Source: an uncultured Polyangiaceae bacterium (lineage in GTDB: Bacteria > Myxococcota_A > Polyangia > Polyangiales > Polyangiaceae). Taken from it: 18,856 nucleotides of DNA. The stretch covers positions 1 through 18,856 of the forward strand of contig CAYTYV010000070.1 of assembly GCA_964441055.1 (NCBI GenBank), read 5' to 3'. Positions 1-8,038 of this stretch are shown here, one piece after another (positions within the stretch are counted from its first letter, which is position 1; each line of letters begins with the position of its first letter). Under the pieces are notes generated by a model. It ran no database searches and was not told where the DNA came from. It was given only the letters and a program-made list of their open reading frames with translations. Both the position numbers and the translations under genes were made by a program.

Positions 1-101
1 CGATAAACGACGAAGACCCCATCGCAGTCGTCGAGGTGCTCCGCGCGCCCACGCGCCTGCGCGTCGAGCGAGCGGCGAGCGGATACAAAGGAGAGGACTG
101 A
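1..101 (+). CDS. 3' end of an NfeD-like (stomatin-operon partner) gene; partial, runs off the window start
   Basis: Frame 3 reads ...[32 protein letters not shown]. This resembles the C-terminal OB-fold tail of NfeD proteins, which are usually encoded just upstream of SPFH genes. The stop codon TGA at 99-101 overlaps the ATG at 101-103 of the next gene (TGATG), and an AAGGAGAG Shine-Dalgarno sequence sits inside the tail. The fragment is too short to be sure of the family. Confidence 0.4.
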   Translation, partial: INDEDPIAVVEVLRAPTRLRVERAASGYKGED

Positions 102-928
102 TGGAGACCGTACTGACGGGATTGAGCATTGTCTTGGCGCTGGTGATCGTGATCCTCGTCAAATCGGTGAAGGTGATCCGGGAGTACGAGCGGGGGGTCA
201 TCTTCCGGCTCGGCCGCGTCAACCCCGGTAACGTCAAGGGGCCCGGCCTGCGGCTCATCATTCCGTTCATCGACCAGTTGCTCAAGGTCGACCTGCGCAC
301 CATCACCCTGGACGTGCCGCCGCAGGAGGTCATCACCAAGGACAACGTCACCATCAAGGTCAATGCGGTGGTGTACTTCAACGTGATGAACCCGGTGGAC
401 GCGGTGATCAAGATCGCCAATCACTTCACCGCCACCTCGCTGCTCGCCCAGACCACCCTGCGGAACATCTTGGGACAGCACGAGCTGGATGAAATCCTGG
501 CCGAGCGGGAGAAGATCGGCCAGGCCCTGCAGAAGATCATCGACGAGGCCACCGATGCCTGGGGCGTCAAGGTCTCGGCCGTCGAGATCAAGGACATCGA
601 GCTTCCGGAGATCATGCGGCGCGCCATGGCGCGTCAGGCCGAGGCCGAGCGCGAGCGGCGCGCCAAGATCATCGCGGCCGACGGCGAGTTCCAGGCCTCG
701 CAGAAGCTCCACGAGGCCGCCCAGGTCATCGAGCAGACCTCGACCGCGCTGCAGCTGCGCTATCTGCAGACCCTGGTGGAGATCGGCGTGGAAAACGCCA
801 CCACGGTGGTCTTCCCGCTGCCGCTCGAGCTCACCTCGGCCTTCGAGAGCTTCCTCAAGAACCGCGCGCATGGGCAGGCTGCGGCGGTCGGCCCCGCGGC
901 CGCGGCGCCCGCCAAAAAGGCGCCCTAA
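101..928 (+). CDS. SPFH/band-7 family membrane protein (stomatin/QmcA-like)
   Basis: There is an N-terminal TM helix ([16 protein letters not shown]) followed by [13 protein letters not shown], the characteristic start of a stomatin/prohibitin SPFH domain. This is followed by a coiled-coil Ala/Glu/Arg-rich segment ([24 protein letters not shown]) and a flexible Ala/Pro tail. Codon usage is good and the Shine-Dalgarno sequence is strong. Confidence 0.9.
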   Translation: METVLTGLSIVLALVIVILVKSVKVIREYERGVIFRLGRVNPGNVKGPGLRLIIPFIDQLLKVDLRTITLDVPPQEVITKDNVTIKVNAVVYFNVMNPVDAVIKIANHFTATSLLAQTTLRNILGQHELDEILAEREKIGQALQKIIDEATDAWGVKVSAVEIKDIELPEIMRRAMARQAEAERERRAKIIAADGEFQASQKLHEAAQVIEQTSTALQLRYLQTLVEIGVENATTVVFPLPLELTSAFESFLKNRAHGQAAAVGPAAAAPAKKAP

Positions 929-969
929 AGAACAACGCCGCAGCGCGCGTCCCGCTGGGCGCGCCCTCC

Positions 970-1980
970 CTAGGGCGTCTCGATCTTTCCCTCGCCGACG
1001 AGCTGCTGATAGCGCGAGCCGCCCGGGGTGGTCCACGCCTCGCCCGTTGGGTCCACGCCCGCCTGCCAGGCGACGTAGGCCGTGGCCAGCACGCGGATGG
1101 TCTCGCGCTGGTCCTCGGTTCCCCCGTCGCCGCAGAAGGTCGTGCAGGCGATGTCGGTCGGGTCCTCGAAGTCGCAGTGGGTGGCGCCGATGACGTGCGT
1201 GGTCCAGCCCTGCGGCGCCAGGTTGGCCAGGTGGACGCCGCCATTGCCATCGTCGTTGCAGTTGCCTGGTTCTCCCTCGATGGCAAAAGCGGGCACCGTA
1301 AGGTTGGGCGCTGCGCCGAGCGCCATGTCGTCGCGGTCGACCGGATCCAGCCCCAGCCAAGCGAGCACTGCCGAGTCGTCCACCGCGGCCAGCAATGACG
1401 ACAGTCCCCCGGCCGAGAAGCCCGCGTGGATCACGGAGGCGCCGCCCGAGAGCGCGGCCGCCAGGGCGATCTGATCGGCCGCGTTCTGCGGATGGTCCGT
1501 GTCGATCACGGTCATGTGGCAGTACTCGGGCGCCACCACCCGCACGCCGTGACTGGCCATGTGCTCGGCCATGACCGCCATCTTGCCCCGGTCTCGCTGA
1601 AAGCCGTGCCCTAGCACCACCAGCGGCGCATCGCTGGCGCCCTCTGGCAGGTACAGCGTGTAGCTCATCTGGTTGTCCCAGCCGCAGTCGTCCGTGGGCT
1701 GCTGTCCGTTCGAGCTCGTGACGCTGAACGGGCCGGGTTGGAAAAAGTCGGTGGGCTCGACCACGCCGCCCGCGCCTGCTGCTCCTGCCGTGCCGCTCCC
1801 ACCGTGGCCACCGACTCCGGCGGTGCCGGCGCCAGCCCCGCCGCTTCCCCCGGTTCCGGCCGAGCTCGCTCCCGCGCCCGCCGCGCCGCTGCCCTGGCCA
1901 AAGACCTCCTCATCGGAGCATCCACCAAAAGCCGCTACGCCGAGCAGCAGCCCCCATATCGCTGGTGTCGTTTTGATCAT
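970..1980 (-). CDS. Secreted alpha/beta-hydrolase lipoprotein (dienelactone-hydrolase/chlorophyllase/PETase-like fold)
   Basis: A signal peptide with a lipobox (LLLGVAAFGGC) is followed by a ~45-aa Gly/Ala/Ser low-complexity tether. Then comes a hydrolase core with VVLGHGF (oxyanion region), GFSAGG (a GxSxG nucleophile elbow) and a later ATHCDF region that could supply the catalytic His. Its ATG at 1980..1978 overlaps the stop of the upstream HD gene (ATGA). Confidence 0.8.
   Translation of the reverse strand: MIKTTPAIWGLLLGVAAFGGCSDEEVFGQGSGAAGAGASSAGTGGSGGAGAGTAGVGGHGGSGTAGAAGAGGVVEPTDFFQPGPFSVTSSNGQQPTDDCGWDNQMSYTLYLPEGASDAPLVVLGHGFQRDRGKMAVMAEHMASHGVRVVAPEYCHMTVIDTDHPQNAADQIALAAALSGGASVIHAGFSAGGLSSLLAAVDDSAVLAWLGLDPVDRDDMALGAAPNLTVPAFAIEGEPGNCNDDGNGGVHLANLAPQGWTTHVIGATHCDFEDPTDIACTTFCGDGGTEDQRETIRVLATAYVAWQAGVDPTGEAWTTPGGSRYQQLVGEGKIETP
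1755..1899 (-). repeat. Low-complexity Gly/Ala/Ser-coding tether inside the alpha/beta-hydrolase lipoprotein gene
   Basis: The DNA is GC-rich, with degenerate GGC/GCC/GCG triplet repeats. The protein stretch is GQGSGAAGAGASSAGTGGSGGAGAGTAGVGGHGGSGTAGAAGAGG. Confidence 0.5.
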
Positions 1981-2558
1981 GACTCACGCTCGTCCGCTGT
2001 GTTTCCGGCCAACCCCACCTGATCGGCGATGGGCGTCAGGGCCTCGATCGAGATCTGGAACAGCTCGCCCAGCTCCACGCCGATCTTCTCGCACTCGCGA
2101 ATGGTCTCGCGGTTGACGTTCGCCGCAAAGGCCTTTTCCTTCATCTTCTTCTTCAGGCTCTTGGGCTTCATGCCGACCATCTTGGTGGGGCGCACCAGCG
2201 CGTTGGCGGCCACCCGCCCGGTCACGGTCTCGGCCGAGCGCAGCGCGTAGTCGAGCTCGGTCTCGGGCGCCGTGCCCGTGCGCTCGCCGTTGTGCGCCCT
2301 AATGGCGTGCAGCGCCTCGGCGGGAAGCTTGCCCTCGAGCGCGGCCATGGCCTCGAGGCCGTGCCGTTCGGGCGTATCCTTGGTCCGGGGGAAGTCGAGG
2401 TCGTGGAGCAGGCCGGTCAGCCCCCACAGCTCCTCGTCTCGGCCGAGGCGTCGGGCGAGACCGCGCATGATGGCCTCGGTCTCCAGGGCGTGGTGCAGGA
2501 GGTGGGGCTCGGGCTTCGAGGCGGCGAGCAGCGCCAGCGCATCATCGCGGGTGATCAT
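1977..2558 (-). CDS. HD-domain metal-dependent phosphohydrolase family protein
   Basis: It has the His...His-Asp signature (LLHHALETEAIMRGLA ... GLLHDLDF) typical of HD/HDIG-superfamily small hydrolases. Its length is 193 aa. It is translationally coupled to the downstream lipoprotein hydrolase. Confidence 0.75.
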   Translation of the reverse strand: MITRDDALALLAASKPEPHLLHHALETEAIMRGLARRLGRDEELWGLTGLLHDLDFPRTKDTPERHGLEAMAALEGKLPAEALHAIRAHNGERTGTAPETELDYALRSAETVTGRVAANALVRPTKMVGMKPKSLKKKMKEKAFAANVNRETIRECEKIGVELGELFQISIEALTPIADQVGLAGNTADERES

Positions 2559-2586
2559 CGTTTCGCTCCAGGTTGCGGTGCGCAGC

Positions 2587-2644
2587 TAGCATAGCGGACC
2601 GAACGAATCGAAGGGAGTGCAGGCATCGAGCAAGGGGTATGCTA
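2587..2644. promoter_or_regulatory. Inverted repeat TAGCATA ... TATGCTA in the divergent HD-hydrolase/mutS2 intergenic region
   Basis: TAGCATA at 2587-2593 pairs with its reverse complement TATGCTA at 2638-2644. These are AT-rich 7-mers in a ~70% GC background, lying between two divergent start codons. They are a candidate operator. Confidence 0.2.
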
Positions 2645-2707
2645 ACCCGAGCCCGGGCTAGGGCAACCGCAGCTTCGCGCCGCCCGCCCGTCGAGACTGG
2701 CCGCGTC

Positions 2708-5146
2708 ATGTCTACCGCTCATCCGCCCTCCGAGCTGCCGCAGCAGGACCGGACCCTGCGCGATCTGGACTGGCCCGCGCTGGTGCGCGCCGTTGGCCGC
2801 GGCTGCATGAGCGAGCAAGGGGTGGAGCGGGTCGAGGCGCTCGAGCCAGCAGCCACCCTGGAGCAGGCCCGCGAGCGCATGCAGCTCACCGCCGAGGCGC
2901 TCGATGCCCTGGCCGAGGGCGAGCCCGTGCCCGCGGCGAGCGTGCCCGGGCTAGACGAGATCCTGGATCGCGTCCGCCGCGGCGGGCTGGCCAGCGCGGG
3001 CGAGCTGCGCGACGTAGGGCAGGTGCTGGAGGTCGCCGCGCACCTTCGTCCCTATGCGCGTGCGCGCCAGCCGAGCCAGCCGCTGCTCGCCCAGACGCTC
3101 GGCACCGATCCGTCGCTCGACCGCTTGGCCGACCAGCTCGCGCGCGCCATCGATGCCGAGGGGCGCATCGCGGACGGTGCCTCGGACGAGCTCGGTGCGG
3201 CGCGTCGGCGCGCCCGCGGGGCCCGGGCTCGGCTGCTCGAGCGGCTCGGGCAGCTCGTCGCCCGTTTCGGCGACGTCCTGCGCGAGCCCCGCCACGTCGA
3301 GTGCGAGGGCCGCTATGGCCTGCCCGTGCGCTCGGACGCCCACCGCCGCGTCGACGGCATCGTGCTCGGCTCGAGCGCGTCCGGGGCGACCATCTACGTC
3401 GAGCCGCGGGAGATCACCGAGCTCAGCAACCGGCTGAAAATGGCCGAGAGCGACGTGGAGCGGGAGCTCGTCCGGGTGCTGGCCGCGCTGACCGCCGAGC
3501 TGCATCAGCAGGCCGATGGCGTGGAGCAGGCCTACCAAGCCTGCATCGAGGCCGACGTGCTCGCCGCTCTGTGCCGCTGGGCCCAGGAGCACCGCGCCGT
3601 TGCGGTGGTGCCCGACGACGAGCCCCGCATCGATCTGGTGGGCATGCGCCACCCGCTGCTCGTCGTCGGGCAAGGGGCGGTGGTGCCGAACGACATCGCG
3701 CTCCGTAGCGGCTGCGCGCTGGTGATCTCGGGGCCCAACGCGGGCGGCAAGACCGTGGCGCTCAAGGGCCTGGGCCTGGCCGCGTGCATGGCCTACGCGG
3801 GCATTCCGCTGCCAGTCGAGGAGCGCTCGCGCCTGGGCTGGTTCGCCGAGGTGCTGACCAACGTGGGCGACGAGCAATCCGTGGAGCATTCGCTGTCCAC
3901 CTTCAGCGCCCACGCGGCCAATCTGGGGCGCATCGTCGAGCGCTCGGGCCCCCGCTCCCTGGTGCTGCTCGACGAGGTGGCGGGCGGCACCGATCCCGAA
4001 GAAGGCGCGGCCTTGGCAGGGGCCGTGCTCGAGACGCTGGTGGAATGCGGAGCCGCGGTGGCCGTGACCACCCACTACGAGCGCCTCAAGGAGCTGGCCT
4101 CCCAGATGCCCGAGCTCGACAACGCTTCGGTGGGCTTCGACTTCGACGCCATGCAGCCCACCTTCCGGCTCACCCTGGGCGTCCCCGGGGCATCGAGCGC
4201 GCTCGCCGTGGCGGCTCGTTGCGGGATCTCCGCGGCGGTCATCGAGCGCGCGCATGCGCTTTTGCCCGAGCGCACGGTCGAGCGGGAGCAGCTCTTGGCA
4301 GAGCTAGAGCGCGAGCGGAGCACCGTGGTCCAAGCCCGCGAGCAGGCCGAGCAGGAGGCCGAGCGGGCGGCCTCGCTGCGCGCCGATCTCGAGTCGGAGC
4401 GGCAGGTGGTGCGCCAAAAGGAGCGCGAGCGGCTGGCGCGTCAGGCAGCCGGCTTGCACCAGGCGATCCGCGAGGCCCGCGCCAAGCTTCGCGCGCTGTC
4501 GGCGATGGAGCCCGAGCAGGGTAGCGCCGCGCAGCAGCGCCGAGCCCAGAGGCTGGTGGACGAGGTGGCGCGGCACGTGGCCGTGGGAAGCCCTATCGAC
4601 CGCGCCCTGCGCGATCGGAGAGCCGGCTCCGCCGAACGCGCGCCCGCCCCGGGCGAGCTGCGACCGGGCCTACGCGTGTTCGTCGAACGGCTGGGCGCAA
4701 CGGCCGAGGTGAGCGAGCCGCCCGAGCGGGGGATGGTCCGCGTACGGGCCGGGGCGTTTTCCATGCGGGTGCCCGTGGCCGAGCTCCGCCTCGATCCGAA
4801 AGAACGACGCGCGACTTCAAAAAACGCTGCCGCCAGGCAGGCTGCGCGGCCTGCTCCGCCCCCCAGCTCGACGCCCTCGCTGCAGAGCCCCCTTCGCACC
4901 AGCGGCAACACCTGCGATCTGAGAGGCTTGCGCGTTGACGAGGCCCTGGCCGAGCTCGACCTCTTCGTCGATCGCTGCCTTTCCGCGGCCGAGTCGGTGG
5001 GCTTCGTCCTGCACGGCCACGGCACGGGCGCGCTCAAGCAGGCCGTGCGCGAGCACCTAGCCGGCTCGCAGCTCGTCGTCGACTACCGCCCCGCCGAGCT
5101 CGGCGAAGGCGGCGATGCCTTCACCATCTTCTGGCTGGATGTGTAG
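2708..5146 (+). CDS. mutS2: Endonuclease MutS2 (MutS-family ATPase with C-terminal Smr domain)
   Basis: It contains a Walker A motif (ISGPNAGGKTVALKGLG), the MutS domain V region (LVLLDEVAGGTDPEEGAALA), a long coiled-coil (ERERSTVVQAREQAEQEAERAASLRADLESERQ) and a C-terminal Smr domain (CDLRGLRVDEALAELDLFVDRC...FVLHGHGTGALKQAVREHL). The six-frame ORF begins at a TTG at 2573. I prefer the ATG at 2708 (MSTAHPP...) because the N-terminus then resembles a typical MutS2 start. Confidence 0.9.
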   Translation: MSTAHPPSELPQQDRTLRDLDWPALVRAVGRGCMSEQGVERVEALEPAATLEQARERMQLTAEALDALAEGEPVPAASVPGLDEILDRVRRGGLASAGELRDVGQVLEVAAHLRPYARARQPSQPLLAQTLGTDPSLDRLADQLARAIDAEGRIADGASDELGAARRRARGARARLLERLGQLVARFGDVLREPRHVECEGRYGLPVRSDAHRRVDGIVLGSSASGATIYVEPREITELSNRLKMAESDVERELVRVLAALTAELHQQADGVEQAYQACIEADVLAALCRWAQEHRAVAVVPDDEPRIDLVGMRHPLLVVGQGAVVPNDIALRSGCALVISGPNAGGKTVALKGLGLAACMAYAGIPLPVEERSRLGWFAEVLTNVGDEQSVEHSLSTFSAHAANLGRIVERSGPRSLVLLDEVAGGTDPEEGAALAGAVLETLVECGAAVAVTTHYERLKELASQMPELDNASVGFDFDAMQPTFRLTLGVPGASSALAVAARCGISAAVIERAHALLPERTVEREQLLAELERERSTVVQAREQAEQEAERAASLRADLESERQVVRQKERERLARQAAGLHQAIREARAKLRALSAMEPEQGSAAQQRRAQRLVDEVARHVAVGSPIDRALRDRRAGSAERAPAPGELRPGLRVFVERLGATAEVSEPPERGMVRVRAGAFSMRVPVAELRLDPKERRATSKNAAARQAARPAPPPSSTPSLQSPLRTSGNTCDLRGLRVDEALAELDLFVDRCLSAAESVGFVLHGHGTGALKQAVREHLAGSQLVVDYRPAELGEGGDAFTIFWLDV

Positions 5147-5156
5147 ACGATGGGGG

Positions 5157-6650
5157 CTAGCGGGTCGCCACCGTGACGGTGCCGTCGATGACGAACTCGG
5201 CGCGCGCCCACTCCGCGGCGCCAGGCGGCAAGAACAGCCATCCGCCCGGTAGGTGGTCGTAGGCGAAGTACTGCCCCAGCCGCGTCTCCAGGGCTCCGCC
5301 CGCGGTGCGCACCCGCACGTCAACCGCACGGCCCGATAGTGGTCGCCTGCTCTCCACGGTCTTCTGGAAGGTGGCCTTGCCCCGCCCTTCCACGGTGATG
5401 AGCTCGTAGCTCTGCGGCCCGCCCGCTGGCCCGTGCCAATCGGGCAGGTTCACGTTGCGGCCCCGGTTGAGCAGCTTGGCGTAATGGTAGTCCGATATCC
5501 ACTGGTCGTCGCAGTAGCCCATGATATCGGTGGCGTCGTCGGGCGCGAGCAGCATCGGCCCGAACGGATTGTAGCCCCAGACGCCGATCTCGCCCTCGTC
5601 GTAGGGGTAGTCGTAGTCGATGGAGGACGGATCCAGGCCGTAGCCGCAGGGGGCGTGCTCCAGGCCATGAGCATGCCCGATCTCGTGAGCGCAGGTGTCG
5701 GCGGCCACCTGCGGGAAGCCCACCCCAATGGCCATGCGCAAGGACACGGTACCCGTGTCGGGCGGGCTGTTGTTCAGCATCGTCACGCCCAGCAGGCAGC
5801 CGCTGCCGCAGTATTGGTAGAAGGTGTCTTTGGGGTTGAAGATGCCGTAGTAGTACACGTCGTCTGGCGCGTCGTCGGCGTTGCGAAAGCCGTACACCGT
5901 GATGCCCAGGTCCTGCCAGCCCGAGCCGTCGGCGCCCAGCCTGCCGCTCCAGGGCTCGACCTCGCGCACGCTGATCTCCACGTCGGACACGGGGTAGATG
6001 CCGACGAAGAGCTGGCGGAAGGACTCGACGCTCTCGGGCGACAGATCCGGCACTCGCCCCGAGCCGTCGTAGTTGTAGGCAAAGGGCGCCAGGATGACCC
6101 GCAAGGTGTTCTGCGGCCCGTCGACGAAGACCGGCTCGGTGGCATCGGCGCTCGGGTAGTGCGCGGCGGGCAGCTCGTCGCCCTCTTCGCGCTCCTGCAA
6201 GAGCGAGACGCGATAGTCGAAGACCTCGCCGATGCGCTCGCCAGGCACGTCGATGTTGACCGTGCTGGCGAGGTCTTCGTCCACGGAGCTCGACAGGGGC
6301 ATCAGCACGTGCTCGCCGTCGATCGGATCCTGCCCGGCGAGCTTGAGCCGGGCGGTCACGGGCTCGCCGTCGTAGCCCGCGTCGGTCGTATAGAAGATCC
6401 GCACCATGGCGGAGCGGCCCTGGACCAGCGGCACGGTCGACTCAAGCGGCAGGCCGTCCTGCATCAGGGCTCGCTCGAGGCCCTGGTAGATGGCCACCTT
6501 GGTGAGCATCACCCCCGTGGCGCCCATGAGCGGCGGCGGGTCATCGCCGTTTTTGGCGCTGCGCTCCTCTTCGCTCGCGCAGCCCGCGAGCGCCAAGGTG
6601 ACTAGGGCCCAAAGAAGGTGGTGGATGCGGAGCTTCATGGCGCTAGCCAT
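5157..6650 (-). CDS. Metzincin-type zinc metalloprotease lipoprotein
   Basis: The lipoprotein signal is MASAMKLRIHHLLWALVTLALAGC with a canonical LAGC lipobox; an alternative ATG lies at 6638. The zinc-binding motif HEIGHAHGLEH (HExxHxxGxxH) is followed ~45 residues later by a candidate Met-turn (DIMGY). The track ORF extends to 6812, but the upstream part is read-through of intergenic DNA. Confidence 0.8.
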   Translation of the reverse strand: MASAMKLRIHHLLWALVTLALAGCASEEERSAKNGDDPPPLMGATGVMLTKVAIYQGLERALMQDGLPLESTVPLVQGRSAMVRIFYTTDAGYDGEPVTARLKLAGQDPIDGEHVLMPLSSSVDEDLASTVNIDVPGERIGEVFDYRVSLLQEREEGDELPAAHYPSADATEPVFVDGPQNTLRVILAPFAYNYDGSGRVPDLSPESVESFRQLFVGIYPVSDVEISVREVEPWSGRLGADGSGWQDLGITVYGFRNADDAPDDVYYYGIFNPKDTFYQYCGSGCLLGVTMLNNSPPDTGTVSLRMAIGVGFPQVAADTCAHEIGHAHGLEHAPCGYGLDPSSIDYDYPYDEGEIGVWGYNPFGPMLLAPDDATDIMGYCDDQWISDYHYAKLLNRGRNVNLPDWHGPAGGPQSYELITVEGRGKATFQKTVESRRPLSGRAVDVRVRTAGGALETRLGQYFAYDHLPGGWLFLPPGAAEWARAEFVIDGTVTVATR

Positions 6651-6666
6651 AGCGCATGTGGAGCGC

Positions 6667-6676
6667 TGATGCATGA
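6667..6676. promoter_or_regulatory. Palindrome CTGTCGACAG in the metalloprotease/small-lipoprotein divergent intergenic region (site 1)
   Basis: This is a perfect 10-bp palindrome. Its 8-bp core TGTCGACA recurs at 6753-6760. Confidence 0.25.
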
Positions 6677-6752
6677 CTGTCGACAGGCTCGCGAGCCGTT
6701 GACGCGGATTACCTGCGATCGGTGTGGGATTGGTGCAGATAACGTACGCCAT

Positions 6753-6760
6753 GGGGCGAC
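6753..6760. promoter_or_regulatory. Palindrome TGTCGACA (site 2), embedded in ACAATGTCGACAAATGT
   Basis: This is the second copy of the 8-bp palindrome, ~85 bp from site 1. It lies in the lowest-GC stretch of the window, between two divergent lipoprotein genes. Confidence 0.25.
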
Positions 6761-6826
6761 AATGTCGACAAATGTAACGAAAGAGGCGGCCACCCTCCGC
6801 GGCGAGGCGCATGCTATCATTGCAGC

Positions 6827-7366
6827 ATGATGGGTAAGTCAGCTTATAGGGAGCTAGCTCGATGGGGCGCGGCCGCGGCCGCGAGCGCTGCGCTCATCGG
6901 CTGTGGTGGAAAGGCCGTGGTCGACCCGGCCGGTGGCGGCACCGCGACGGGCACCGCTACGGGTACGGCCGCGCTCGAGCTCAGCATCGTGGACGGCTTG
7001 GTTGGCGCGGATTGCATGCCGCCGCCATCGGTGGATCCGCTCAGCGCCTGGTTCACCATGCGCTACGACAACAGCCTCGGCACGGCCCAAGGCCAGGCGG
7101 TCATCACCGCATGCACCGTCTACCTCGGCGGCCCACCAGCCTCGGCGAGCTACTCCATCGATATCGATCCGGCCGCCAGCGGTGAGGTGGCCGCGGGCGC
7201 AGTGGTCGATGTCGACCACATTAAGGTGGCCGACTCGGCCGTGGGAGTCGCCCATCCCTGCGGGCTTTGCGGCTCGCCGTCGGCGCTGTTCGACGTCGAG
7301 GTGCAGGTGGACGGAGGCCCCGCCCAGACCGTGAGCGCCAGCTTCGACTTCGGCTGCGCGTACTAG
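6827..7366 (+). CDS. Small secreted lipoprotein with several Cys residues, function unknown
   Basis: MMGKSAYRELARWGAAAAASAALIGC has a lipobox (LIGC). This is followed by a (GTAT)n low-complexity stretch and then a ~130-aa domain with five further Cys residues, including CGLCG. Codon usage is consistent with the neighbouring genes. The start is not strongly supported because there is no clear Shine-Dalgarno sequence. Confidence 0.55.
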   Translation: MMGKSAYRELARWGAAAAASAALIGCGGKAVVDPAGGGTATGTATGTAALELSIVDGLVGADCMPPPSVDPLSAWFTMRYDNSLGTAQGQAVITACTVYLGGPPASASYSIDIDPAASGEVAAGAVVDVDHIKVADSAVGVAHPCGLCGSPSALFDVEVQVDGGPAQTVSASFDFGCAY

Positions 7367-7375
7367 CCGAGACTG

Positions 7376-7678
7376 CTAGAAGCGATACTCGAAGCGCAGC
7401 GAGATCCCCACGCCCTTGCCGCTGATCTCGGGCACCAGCAGGAACTTGGCGGGGTTGCCCCGAAGCGGCACGTCGATGAGCTTCAGGCCGCCCGAATCGA
7501 AGTCGATGTACTTCTCGAGCTTCTTGATGAGCTCTTGATACTGCTGGTCGTCGCCTGGCAGCTTGAGCTCGGAGCCCTGCTGCGGCTTGAGCGCGCCGCT
7601 CTCGATGTTGCGCTGCACCTCGTCGGCAATTAGCTTGGCGGTCTCGTCGTCCAGGGTCAGATCCAATGGCTCGGGCAT
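7376..7678 (-). CDS. Hypothetical protein (100 aa); last gene of the kinase-tesB cluster
   Basis: It is an intact ORF with codons biased to G/C in the third position. It has an acidic N-terminus and a beta-rich C-terminus ending in FLLVPEISGKGVGISLRFEYRF. I do not recognise a family. Confidence 0.5.
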   Translation of the reverse strand: MPEPLDLTLDDETAKLIADEVQRNIESGALKPQQGSELKLPGDDQQYQELIKKLEKYIDFDSGGLKLIDVPLRGNPAKFLLVPEISGKGVGISLRFEYRF

Positions 7679-7740
7679 CCTTCGAGATTACGGGAAGGCC
7701 TGGGCGGAATCAACGGTCGCCGCGCGCGAGCAGGATCAGG

Positions 7741-8007
7741 TCAGCTTTTGGCTCCGCAGCACTTCTTGTGCTTGCGCCCGCTGCCGCAGGGGCAAGGGTC
7801 GTTGCGCCCCACCTTCTGGACCCGCGCTGGCTCGAGCGGATAGAGCAGCCGCTCCAGATCGGCGAGGTCCTCGGGCTCGTCGGGCTCGATGCCGACCACG
7901 GCCTTCCAGCCGCGCTCGGAGCATAGCGCCATCACCTCCTGCGCCCTCTCCAGCGTCTGCACCCGCACGACGGCCGGATGCGCCGATGTTCCCAGCTTGC
8001 CAGCCAT
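7741..8007 (-). CDS. SEC-C motif (SecA C-terminal zinc-binding motif) domain protein
   Basis: The C-terminus [17 protein letters not shown] is the classical SEC-C metal-binding motif (CPCGSGKKYKKCCG-like). It follows a ~60-aa N-terminal domain. The total length is 88 aa. Confidence 0.8.
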   Translation of the reverse strand: MAGKLGTSAHPAVVRVQTLERAQEVMALCSERGWKAVVGIEPDEPEDLADLERLLYPLEPARVQKVGRNDPCPCGSGRKHKKCCGAKS

Positions 8008-8038
8008 GACGCCCTACTGTGGCAAGAAAGCGAACATA

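Noticed and set aside
936-969. Short GC hairpin (CAGCG-N7-CGCTG / GGCGCGCC) between the convergent SPFH and hydrolase genes, considered as a bidirectional terminator
   Set aside because: The stem is only ~5 bp and has no flanking U-tract, so it is too weak to call.
2951-4255. 434-aa ORF antisense to mutS2, plus similar long antisense ORFs at 489..1193, 5433..6605, 10725..11651, 10931..12544, 14352..15653, 17017..18321 and 17967..18830
   Set aside because: Their translations are dominated by Arg/Ala/Gly/Pro, which is typical of antisense frames in ~70% GC DNA. Each overlaps a strongly supported gene on the opposite strand, and none has a recognisable motif.
5157-6812. N-terminal 54-residue extension of the metalloprotease ORF (MRLAAEGG...)
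   Set aside because: This is read-through of the intergenic region. A canonical lipoprotein signal peptide begins at the internal ATG (6650 or 6638).
6930-6962. 12-bp near-tandem repeat GGCACCGCGACG/GGCACCGCTACG encoding (GTAT)n in the small lipoprotein
   Set aside because: It has only ~2.5 copies. It is simple low-complexity coding sequence, not a structured repeat or a variable-number locus I can support.
7460-7520. DFDSGG in the 100-aa protein resembles the second PilZ c-di-GMP-binding motif (D/NxSxxG)
   Set aside because: There is no upstream RxxxR motif, and too few residues follow it for a PilZ beta-barrel. It is likely coincidental.
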